Of a stretch of DNA of 64,000 bases, positions 19,141 through 26,247 are shown one piece after another. The stretch's first letter is position 1. The number at the start of each line of letters is the position of its first letter. Where the stretch lies: assembly GCA_045128275.1 (NCBI GenBank), contig JBGVRH010000074.1, forward strand, positions 9,938 through 73,937, in the 5' to 3' direction. Under the pieces are notes generated by a model that did no database searches, had not been told where the DNA came from, and was given only the letters and a program-made list of their open reading frames with translations. The position numbers were made by a program, and so were the translations under genes. The DNA is from Eubacteriales bacterium. GTDB lineage: Bacteria > Bacillota > Clostridia > Oscillospirales > CAG-272.

Positions 19141-22100
19141 ATGAAAAAATTTCTGCTATGGGCGTTGATCGCCACCATGACGATATCGCTGTTGAGCCTG
19201 GGTATCCTCTCGGCCGCCGCCGCGGAGACTCAGACGGGTAGCTGTGGAGATAGCGTCACCTGGACGCTGAATCCCGACACGGGTGAGCTGGTCATCTCGG
19301 GTCAAGGCCCCATGACCGACTACGCCATCACCAACATGACCCCCTGGATCGCCTCCTGCACGGCCATCACCTCGGTGAGGGTGGAGGAGGGCGTGACCTC
19401 CCTGGGTGCTTACGCGTTCCTGTATTGCAGCAACCTGGCCACCGTCTCTCTCCCCGAGAGCCTGACCTCCATCGGGGCTCACTCGTTCTCGAACTGCAGC
19501 AAGCTGACCGATCTGCAGATCCCCGCAGGTGTCCGTCAGATCGGCGCGGGCGCGTTCCAAAACTGCGCTTCTCTGACCGAGCTGGTCATCCCCGAGGGCG
19601 TGACCGAGATCCTCGGCTCCACCTTTTCGGGATGCTCCAAGCTGGCTCACGTAGAGCTCCCCGACAGCGTCACCTCCATCGGCAGCAGCGCCTTCGCAAG
19701 CTGCTCCGCTCTGACCGATATCCGGCTTCCCACGGGGCTGTCGGTTATCGATTCCAAGGCCTTCACCTACTGCTCCTCCCTGAAGACCATCACCCTCCCC
19801 GGCACCCTGACCGCTCTGGGCGACGGTGTCTTCACCAATTCCGCCCTGCAGAGAGCTCTCTTTGACGGTGCCCAGGACGAGTGGGACAACGTGACCGTTG
19901 GCGAAAGCAACGCCCTGCTGACCAGCGTTCTGCTGATTCACCCCGGTCATCTCTTCAATCAGGAGATCGTGGATCCCGCCTACCTGTGCACCCCCGCCGG
20001 CTGTGTCAGTGCCGCCTCCTACTACCGTACCTGCGTTTGCGGTGAGGTCGGTGACGAGACCTTCAGCCACGGCGAGCCCATCGGTCACACGGGAGGAACC
20101 GCCACCTGTCGGGATCAGGCGATTTGCGAGGTCTGCGGAGAGGCCTACGGCATTCTGGGCTCCCACGTGCCCAACAGAGAGGCCACCTGTACCGAGGGAT
20201 TTTCGTGCGCGATCTGCGAGATCCCCCTGAAGGATCCCCTGGGTCACGACTACGTCCCCACGGTGACGCCTCCCACCTGTACCGAGCCCGGCTTCACCGC
20301 CCACGTCTGCTCCCGCTGTAACGATACCTTCACCGACACCCCCACCGATCCCACGGGTCACACCGAGGGGGCCGCTCCCACCTGTACCGAGGATCAGATC
20401 TGTACCGTCTGTCACGAAATCCTGGCCGAGAAGCTGGGCCACAACCATATTCCCGAGATCACCCTGGCTCCCACCTGTACCGACTCGGGTATCCGTACCC
20501 ATACCTGCTCCCGCTGTAACGACACCTACGACGAAACCATAGATGCCACCGGCCACATTGAGAGCGATCCCGCTTCCTGCGAGACCGCCCAGACCTGTAC
20601 CGCCTGCGGTCTCCTGCTGGCTGACGCCCTGGGCCACGATTTCCACGCCGAGACCGTAGAGCCCACCTGCACGGCCAAAGGCTATACCGTCCACACCTGC
20701 TCCCGTTGCGCCTACACCTACCACGACAGCCTCGTGGATGCCAAGGGCCACGCCCCCGTTGGGGAGGCCACCTGTACCGAGCCTCAGCTCTGCGGAGCCT
20801 GCGGCGGGGTTCTGACCGAGGCTCTCGGCCACGATTACACAAGCACCGTCACCGAACCCACCTGCACCGAGCAGGGCTTCACCATTCATAGCTGTGACCG
20901 ATGCGGCCACGCCTATCGGGACACCTTCACCGATGCCGCAGGACACACCCCCGGCGAGGAAGCCACCTGTACCGTTTCCCAGCTCTGCACCGTTTGCGGT
21001 GAAGTGCTGACCGAGGCCTCGGGTCATAGCTACACCCAGGCCGTCACCGAGCCTTCCTGCACCGAGCAGGGCTTCACCACCCACACCTGCTCTGCCTGCG
21101 GCCACACCTATCGGGACACCTTTACCACCGCCTCGGGACACACCCCCGACGGAGAGGCCACCTGTGCCCACGCGCAGCTCTGCACCGTCTGCGGGGAGCT
21201 TCTGGCCGAGGCCCTCGGTCACGATTACACCCACACCGTCACCGCCCCCACCTGTACCGAGCAGGGCTTCACCACCCACACCTGCTCTGCCTGCGGGTAC
21301 ACCTACTTGGACACCTTCACCGATGCCAAGGCTCACGTCCCCGGTGACGCGGCAACCTGCTCCCGAGCCCAGGTCTGTACCGTCTGCGGTGAGGTTCTGA
21401 CCCCCGCCCAAGACCACGACTATACCCACATCATCATCGCACCTACCTGTACGACCAGAGGCTACACCACCCACACCTGCTCCCGCTGTAACCACACCTA
21501 TCTGGACGCCTTCACCGAAACCGCTCCCCACACCATCAGACAGGACGCAAGCTGTTATGAGCCTCAGTCCTGCTCGGTATGCGGCGGACTGATCAAGGAG
21601 GCCACGGGCCACGACTACCGCACCACCACCGTAGAGGCCACCTGCAACAGCCAGGGCTACGTCAAGCACGTCTGCATCCATTGCTCCGCCTCCTACCTGG
21701 ACAATTTCACCCCCGCCAAGGGACACACCCCCGGGGAAGCCGCCACCTGCACCCAGCCCCAGACCTGCACCGTCTGCCAGGGCATCCTGACTCCCGCCAA
21801 GGGACACAGTTTTGGCGCTGCCGTCACCGCTCCCACCTGTACCGAAAGCGGCTACACCACCCATGCCTGCGCCAACTGCGAGGCTACCTACGTGGATACC
21901 CCCACCGAGCCCGCGGGTCACGTCCCCGGCAAGGAGGCCTCCTGCCACGCGCCCCAGACCTGCACCGTCTGCCAAGCCATTCTGGCCGAGCGGCTGGAGC
22001 ATACTTACGAGGAAGCCCGCAACGAGCCCACCTGCACCATTGACGGTCAGATCCTGGACGTCTGCTCCCTCTGCGGCGACAGCTACGTCCGCGCCTTCAT

Positions 22101-22401
22101 CCCCGCCGTGGGGCACACCGTAGGTGATTGGGTGCTGGAGAACGCCCCCGACGTAGGCGAGCCCGGACGCAAGCATAAGTCCTGCGAGGTCTGCTCCGAG
22201 ATGGTGGAGCATGAGACCTTCTGGACGCCCGACGCTCCCGGCCCCTCGGACGAGTCCGGCTCTGTCTCCGAGACCGTAACCGAGCCTGAGACCGAGGAGG
22301 AAGAGGGCGGCTGCCGCATCACCGGCGGAAACATTGCCGTTATCGTCATCGTGATCATCGCGCTGGGCCTTCTGTGGTTCGTGGATATGCGACGCAGATA
22401 A
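19141..22401 (+). CDS. surface-anchored BspA-type leucine-rich-repeat protein with a Cys/His-rich tandem repeat array
   Basis: Trimmed to ATG 19141 (signal peptide MKKFLLWALIATMTISLLSLGILSAAAA). LRR units (VTSIG..AF..C..L). About 10 repeats of 65 aa. C-terminal TM anchor followed by RRR. Confidence 0.85.
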   Translation: MKKFLLWALIATMTISLLSLGILSAAAAETQTGSCGDSVTWTLNPDTGELVISGQGPMTDYAITNMTPWIASCTAITSVRVEEGVTSLGAYAFLYCSNLATVSLPESLTSIGAHSFSNCSKLTDLQIPAGVRQIGAGAFQNCASLTELVIPEGVTEILGSTFSGCSKLAHVELPDSVTSIGSSAFASCSALTDIRLPTGLSVIDSKAFTYCSSLKTITLPGTLTALGDGVFTNSALQRALFDGAQDEWDNVTVGESNALLTSVLLIHPGHLFNQEIVDPAYLCTPAGCVSAASYYRTCVCGEVGDETFSHGEPIGHTGGTATCRDQAICEVCGEAYGILGSHVPNREATCTEGFSCAICEIPLKDPLGHDYVPTVTPPTCTEPGFTAHVCSRCNDTFTDTPTDPTGHTEGAAPTCTEDQICTVCHEILAEKLGHNHIPEITLAPTCTDSGIRTHTCSRCNDTYDETIDATGHIESDPASCETAQTCTACGLLLADALGHDFHAETVEPTCTAKGYTVHTCSRCAYTYHDSLVDAKGHAPVGEATCTEPQLCGACGGVLTEALGHDYTSTVTEPTCTEQGFTIHSCDRCGHAYRDTFTDAAGHTPGEEATCTVSQLCTVCGEVLTEASGHSYTQAVTEPSCTEQGFTTHTCSACGHTYRDTFTTASGHTPDGEATCAHAQLCTVCGELLAEALGHDYTHTVTAPTCTEQGFTTHTCSACGYTYLDTFTDAKAHVPGDAATCSRAQVCTVCGEVLTPAQDHDYTHIIIAPTCTTRGYTTHTCSRCNHTYLDAFTETAPHTIRQDASCYEPQSCSVCGGLIKEATGHDYRTTTVEATCNSQGYVKHVCIHCSASYLDNFTPAKGHTPGEAATCTQPQTCTVCQGILTPAKGHSFGAAVTAPTCTESGYTTHACANCEATYVDTPTEPAGHVPGKEASCHAPQTCTVCQAILAERLEHTYEEARNEPTCTIDGQILDVCSLCGDSYVRAFIPAVGHTVGDWVLENAPDVGEPGRKHKSCEVCSEMVEHETFWTPDAPGPSDESGSVSETVTEPETEEEEGGCRITGGNIAVIVIVIIALGLLWFVDMRRR
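19987..22215 (+). repeat. in-frame tandem repeat, ~195-bp period (38+27 aa half-units)
   Basis: Half-unit consensus GHDYT..VT.PTCTEQGFTTHTCS.CG.TY.DTFTDA. / GHTPG..ATC...Q.CTVCGE.L.EAL. The central units are near-identical at DNA level. Confidence 0.85.
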
Positions 22402-22439
22402 AGAGCTCTACAGCAAACGCTCCCACAAAAAAGAAAAAT

Positions 22440-22474
22440 CAGGGTATGCTCTTCGGAGCGTACCCTGTTTTTTC
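22440..22474 (+). terminator. rho-independent terminator (bidirectional)
   Basis: CAGGGTATGCTC-TTCG-GAGCGTACCCTG followed by T6. Confidence 0.8.
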
Positions 22475-22610
22475 GTACCGATGGTGGGACTCTGAACCCC
22501 GCCGAGCATAGCGCCCGCTGTGCGGGGGGCATCAAGCTGCGCCGACAGAGGAAACGAGAGCCTCCTCTGGCAGCTTGAAGTGGTCTCTCGCCCATCAACA
22601 GTATCAAAAA
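22473..22610. repeat. direct repeat X1 (distal island boundary; degenerate tRNA-Leu 3'-end copy plus structured insert)
   Basis: Aligns with 25909-26035. Begins with tcGTaCCGaTGGTGGGACTCtGAACCC (compare the tRNA 3' end) and ends with CTCGCCCATCAACAG (compare the tRNA variable arm, 26101-14). Confidence 0.7.
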
Positions 22611-22646
22611 AGCAGGAACACTCCAAGGAGTATTCCTGCTTTTTTG
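22611..22646 (+). terminator. rho-independent terminator (bidirectional)
   Basis: AGCAGGAAcACTCC-AA-GGAGTaTTCCTGCT flanked by A6 and T6. Confidence 0.7.
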
Positions 22647-22771
22647 TGTAATAACCCGTTCGTTGATACAATGAACTAAGCCGACTCTTTCTTTTTTTAT
22701 AAAAATGACGCCCAAAACGAACTTTTTGTAAAAATACCCGCACAAAAATTCGCATTTTTACGAAAAAAGTA

Positions 22772-22799
22772 TTGATTTTTTTGCGCAATGTGGTATAAT
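22772..22799 (+). promoter_or_regulatory. strong sigmaA-type promoter driving the small-RNA candidate
   Basis: TTGATT (22772-77), 16 nt, TGgTATAAT (-10 at 22794-99). Confidence 0.6.
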
Positions 22800-22804
22800 A
22801 ATAA

Positions 22805-22877
22805 TGCTTACTGAAGGATTCTTATATCCTTTGAAAGTCGCCTGATAAGTGTTGGTAGCACTTATCGGGCTTTTTTA
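22805..22877 (+). ncRNA. candidate ~70-nt convergent antisense sRNA (Y1)
   Basis: Starts about 6 nt after the -10 element. Ends in a 12-bp stem (22840-51/22859-70, loop TTGGTAG) plus T6 (22871-76). Overlaps the stop codon and 3' end of the minus-strand operon. Confidence 0.45.
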
Positions 22878-23222
22878 GTCTTGCCCTAAAATCTCGGTAT
22901 TATCATCCATTATTACGTTTCTAAATGCAATTCCTTCGATGCAGGTGCTGTTAAGAGCGTCTTCCATATCAGCAAACTCTTCAAGCAAAATATACTTTCT
23001 TTTTGCTTTAGGATTGCTATCTTTGCGATAAAGACCGAAGAGAGCTTCTTTGCCATTGGGTAAAATAGTATCCTGCTTTTCATATATCGACCCTGTGTTA
23101 AATCTATATTCTGTGCCGTTATAAGAAAAATCCAAACCAAACCAATGACCATCCGAAGGTCCCCAAACACCGATATATTGGGATGTGAACTCTTCAAGGG
23201 AATTAAATTCGTTTTTTCTCAT
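22875..23222 (-). CDS. hypothetical 115-aa protein (island)
   Basis: The ATGA start overlaps the upstream stop. AT-rich codon usage like the rest of the island. No motif recognised. Confidence 0.7.
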   Translation of the reverse strand: MRKNEFNSLEEFTSQYIGVWGPSDGHWFGLDFSYNGTEYRFNTGSIYEKQDTILPNGKEALFGLYRKDSNPKAKRKYILLEEFADMEDALNSTCIEGIAFRNVIMDDNTEILGQD

Positions 23223-23608
23223 CGTAAATGAAACTCCTTCTTTATCATTTTTATCAAAGCAGACTCTTCTGCCGTCGGGGGAATACCAGGGTCGTTTTTG
23301 TTATGACTGAGATAAACATGACGATGAGGTTGCACGCCTTTATGGTCGTGTGCCAGGTCAATGCTTACCGCTTGTTTGTGAGCGTCGTCATAATATGCGA
23401 GATGCTTCAGCTCACCATTTTTAACAACTGCATAGATTCTTCCTGGGGTGTGAGAGTATTCGGGAGCTTTCACCGCATTAGAATCTTGAATGATAACTTT
23501 GACATTGGGATTGCTGCTTAAAGACCCTAATGACATATAGTGTTGCCCGCCTTGCACAAAACTAAAATTTCCGGTGTTGACGTCAACAAATGCACCACGA
23601 GAACCCAT
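23219..23608 (-). CDS. hypothetical 129-aa His-rich protein (island)
   Basis: TAATG junction with the upstream gene. DLAHDHKGVQPHRHVY. From memory it resembles a C-terminal module on some Firmicute phage MuF/SPP1-gp7-like proteins (unverified). Confidence 0.7.
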   Translation of the reverse strand: MGSRGAFVDVNTGNFSFVQGGQHYMSLGSLSSNPNVKVIIQDSNAVKAPEYSHTPGRIYAVVKNGELKHLAYYDDAHKQAVSIDLAHDHKGVQPHRHVYLSHNKNDPGIPPTAEESALIKMIKKEFHLR

Positions 23609-24294
23609 TATACCGCCTCCTTTATCGTGAACATCGAAGGTATCCCCTCGATCCTCAACTGTTTGTTTTCGACCGCAAAAGATTCGGTATACTTGAAATT
23701 CAGAAAAGTGCCTGTCATCCCCGGTATCATATTGCCAAACACAATTACAACCGGGGGCTCGATACGTGTCTTCATTTCGTTAAAACCGCGCAAAAAATCG
23801 TCTTGGTAGTCTGTGCATCCCAAGGTAGATATGATTACGGGAGTTTTACTTTCTATTGCACTAAAGCACATATCGTAGGTATCGGGCAATGCCCAGCCTA
23901 CTGTAGGGATGACGGACAATCCGTAATTTTGCCACGTGCGTCCCAACCATCTTCCCATATAGACATTGTGACGAATATCGTTAATATTCATTGTGGGATA
24001 AATGCTAAAGTCTGGGGTAGCTACCGCAGCATAGGTTTGCATCATTGGAATGCGTTTTAAAGGGTCATTCCATAAACGCAACAAATCTTTATCGTAGCTG
24101 AACATCATCAGCAACTTGTTCTCGTTGTCGGGCAACGATTTCATACACTTGAAATTACGAACCTCTAAGTTTTCATAATCCAAGTCACGAGTTAAACGCC
24201 GAATCACGGGAAAATCGTATTTGTCATATTCGCAATCCCCGATGATAGGACGAATAACCTTATACTTCTCAAAATCTGTGAGACCTTTAATCAT
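23608..24294 (-). CDS. DUF4417-like protein (island)
   Basis: RBS GAAAGGTAGG. Pattern ...FSYDKDLLRLWNDPLKRIPMMQTYAAVATPDFSIY...VYMGRWLGRTWQNYGLSVIPTVGW recalls DUF4417. Needs HMM confirmation. Confidence 0.7.
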   Translation of the reverse strand: MIKGLTDFEKYKVIRPIIGDCEYDKYDFPVIRRLTRDLDYENLEVRNFKCMKSLPDNENKLLMMFSYDKDLLRLWNDPLKRIPMMQTYAAVATPDFSIYPTMNINDIRHNVYMGRWLGRTWQNYGLSVIPTVGWALPDTYDMCFSAIESKTPVIISTLGCTDYQDDFLRGFNEMKTRIEPPVVIVFGNMIPGMTGTFLNFKYTESFAVENKQLRIEGIPSMFTIKEAV

Positions 24295-24365
24295 AGGTTA
24301 TTACCTACCTTTCTGCAAAATTTTCGTAAAATAGTAATAGTAGAGGTAGGGGATATGAATACAAC

Positions 24366-24449
24366 TGCTTACTGAAGAACTCTTATATCCCCTGAAATGT
24401 TCGGTTGTCCGAAAGGCACAAGTCACCGTTGGTAGCAGTTACTTATGCC
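24366..24449. repeat. Y2: second copy of the sRNA 5' box and loop motif
   Basis: 32-nt box 24366-97 matches 22805-36 with 4 transitions. GTTGGTAGCA (24429-38) sits in the loop of hairpin 24415-49. Confidence 0.7.
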
Positions 24450-24490
24450 GCATAAAAAATCATAAGCATCACCTCTTTCAAAATAATAAC

Positions 24491-25180
24491 TCACCTCGAT
24501 ATGATTCCTAAATCTTGAAGACGGTATTTTACTGGGTTGAAGTTTACTCCGAACTCTTGCAAAAGCATTGCAATCCATTTCTTCATATAATTTTTAAATT
24601 CGAGTGGCTGGCTCGGAATGTTTTTATAACGAGAAATTCTAAAAAATTCAGACCGAATCACATCGCGTGGCATTAAGATAGCAGCATCGAGATAATTCGT
24701 TTGACGCTCAATTATTTCAATTTCGCTCATAGAATTATTCCACCACGTAGAACCAAATTCATTTTTCTTACAAACGTGAAAAACATCTTTTTCAGCGTGT
24801 GTCCTAAAATATTCCTGGTCTTTAATCCAATGCGCACATTCGTGACCGACTATAAAATTCTCGCTTCCACGAGCAGTTTTTGCCTTTGAATCCAGAACAC
24901 GTTGATTGATAAGAATAGTGCCTTTAGGGAAAAATTCAGTAGCAAACATATCGCCTTTATGAAAAGTTCCATCGGGCCATATATACCAATAACCGTCATC
25001 GAAAAATGTGGCACCGAGAATGCTGTCGTCGGGAGAGATGTACTTCCATTCAACTTCACAGCCTAATGCCTCCAAAAGGTCATAACAATCCAAAGGGCTT
25101 GCAGAAGTAAGCCTTGCGGGAAAATATTCTTTGTTTATGGAATCGGCTAATTCTTCAAGTTTTTCCTTGGTATAGATCAT
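24491..25180 (-). CDS. ImmA/IrrE-family metallopeptidase (COG2856-like)
   Basis: HExxH motif (VGHECAHWI). Its start codon abuts the XRE stop (TAAATG). Confidence 0.85.
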   Translation of the reverse strand: MIYTKEKLEELADSINKEYFPARLTSASPLDCYDLLEALGCEVEWKYISPDDSILGATFFDDGYWYIWPDGTFHKGDMFATEFFPKGTILINQRVLDSKAKTARGSENFIVGHECAHWIKDQEYFRTHAEKDVFHVCKKNEFGSTWWNNSMSEIEIIERQTNYLDAAILMPRDVIRSEFFRISRYKNIPSQPLEFKNYMKKWIAMLLQEFGVNFNPVKYRLQDLGIISR

Positions 25181-25552
25181 TTAAGTACCTTCTGTTTCAT
25201 CCTTTGTCATAGATTCAATAATTTGCATCCACTCTTTTTCACCGAGATTAAGTTCTCTGGCTTTACGGAGTGCAATGCGAACGGAGCCATTGCTCATTAC
25301 ATATTCAGAAATGTCAGGAGCAACAGTATTGGTGCGAGCCTCGGCTGCGAGGTCGTTCATTAGGAGAACCTCTTCTTCTGTCAGTTCAAGCAGTTCTGCC
25401 AGCTTTGACATTTTCTCCGGTGAAGGAGAATTGCGTTTACCTTTTTCAATATCGCTTAAATAGGCGGGAGCGATATCCATCAGTTCTGCAAGCTTACGAA
25501 GATTCAACCCTTTTTCCGTGCGTTTTTGCTTAATAAATTCTCCGAAATTCAT
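25181..25552 (-). CDS. XRE-family HTH repressor (ImmR-like)
   Basis: AAGGAGG RBS. HTH LNLRKLAELMDIAPAYLSDIEKGKRNSPS. Confidence 0.85.
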   Translation of the reverse strand: MNFGEFIKQKRTEKGLNLRKLAELMDIAPAYLSDIEKGKRNSPSPEKMSKLAELLELTEEEVLLMNDLAAEARTNTVAPDISEYVMSNGSVRIALRKARELNLGEKEWMQIIESMTKDETEGT

Positions 25553-25578
25553 AGTCGTACCTCCTTAAAAAGCGAGAG

Positions 25579-25594
25579 CTGTTCGCCTGTTCGC
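25579..25594 (-). promoter_or_regulatory. tandem 8-mer (GCGAACAG x2 on the minus strand), candidate operator in the XRE leader
   Basis: CTGTTCGC CTGTTCGC on the plus strand, embedded in the AGAGC...GCTCT palindrome between the predicted TSS and the RBS. Confidence 0.35.
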
Positions 25595-25606
25595 TCTTTT
25601 GCTAAC

Positions 25607-25635
25607 AGTATATCATATTTTTAATGCAATGTCAA
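25607..25635 (-). promoter_or_regulatory. consensus sigmaA promoter of the island operon
   Basis: Minus strand TTGACA (25635-30), 17 nt, TATACT (25612-07). Confidence 0.65.
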
Positions 25636-25821
25636 TAAGAAATGCAAGAAATTATATAAATTTTCATTTCAAAATCAGTAATTTAACGAATAGCGGTCTT
25701 TTAACGATAGAAAGGCACTACACCTTGACGGGGAGTAGTGCTTTTCTGCATTTTGAGGTTTCCGAGACACAAGATATAGGCACCGCAAATACCGAAATGC
25801 ACCACAAAAGAGAAAAAGCCC

Positions 25822-25849
25822 TTGATTTACAAGTACTTTCGGCTAATAT
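25822..25849 (+). promoter_or_regulatory. possible sigmaA promoter reading into repeat X2
   Basis: TTGATT (25822-27), 16 nt, TAATAT (25844-49). Confidence 0.35.
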
Positions 25850-25908
25850 TTAACAATAAAAAGAAAACAGCAGGTCGATACGATTGTATCCATCTACTGT
25901 TCTTTATT

Positions 25909-26035
25909 TGGTGCCGGTGGTGGGACTCTGAACCCCGCCGAGCGGAGCTCGGCAACAAGCTGCGCCGACAAAGAGGAATTGAGAACTTTGGCTGGCAGCT
26001 TGAAGTGGTTTCTTCACCCATCAACAACATCAAAA
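25909..26035. repeat. direct repeat X2 (tRNA-proximal island boundary)
   Basis: The first 20 nt are identical to the tRNA-Leu gene's 3' end (26068-87), then a 1-nt insertion, then GAACCC. The internal stems differ from X1 but keep their positions. Confidence 0.75.
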
Positions 26036-26068
26036 TACGGGGCACCCCTTTGGGGTACCCCGTATTTT
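26035..26068 (-). terminator. rho-independent terminator of tRNA-Leu (bidirectional)
   Basis: ATACGGGGcACCCC-TTT-GGGGTaCCCCGTAT flanked by A4 and T4. Confidence 0.75.
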
Positions 26069-26154
26069 GGTGCCGGTGGTGGGACTCGAACCCACACGAT
26101 GTCGCCATCAACGGATTTTGAGTCCGTCACGTCTGCCAATTCCATCACACCGGC
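26068..26154 (-). tRNA. tRNA-Leu (anticodon CAA), class II with long variable arm, encoded CCA
   Basis: Reverse complement folds as GCCGGTG/CACCGGC acceptor, AATTGGCAGA D-loop, ACGGA-CUCAAAA-UCCGU anticodon arm, GAUG-GCGA-CAUC variable arm, and GTGGG-TTCGAGT-CCCAC T-arm. Confidence 0.95.
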
Positions 26155-26247
26155 GTATATTTCGCCGTCCTTGCGGACAACGGGTATATTGTATCATAGT
26201 TTCATGGAAAAGTCAAGTACCCCCGAGGAATTTCTCGGGGGCTTTTC

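Noticed and set aside
22083-22788. ORFs 22083..22745(-) and 22408..22788(-), and likewise 25827..26111(-) and 25822..26121(+).
   Set aside because: They run straight through terminator hairpins, the X repeats and the tRNA. They have no RBS and an implausible composition.
22804-22845. Leaderless 13-codon ORF (MLTEGFLYPLKVA) at the start of the sRNA candidate. The second copy shows two synonymous-looking differences.
   Set aside because: The second copy has no in-frame start codon and has an upstream stop. The downstream conserved block is in a different frame. An RNA-level explanation fits better.
24366-24449. Y repeats as integron attC-like cassette boundaries.
   Set aside because: There are no GTTRRRY/RYYYAAC core sites, no integron integrase and no attI in the window.
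25599-25853. 84-aa plus-strand ORF, and a 16-codon minus-strand ORF (MDTIVSTCCFLFIVKY, 25893..25843), in the island's promoter-proximal spacer.
   Set aside because: Neither has an RBS. The region is AT-rich non-coding DNA with promoter and stem-loop signals. The 16-aa peptide is too short to call as a type I toxin without evidence.
25909-26035. X repeats as independent tRNA, tRNA-Sec or tmRNA genes.
   Set aside because: No cloverleaf can be drawn. There is no matching 5' acceptor strand, the T-loop carries an extra base (TTCAGAG), and the CTTCAAG segment is not flanked by a pairing anticodon stem.
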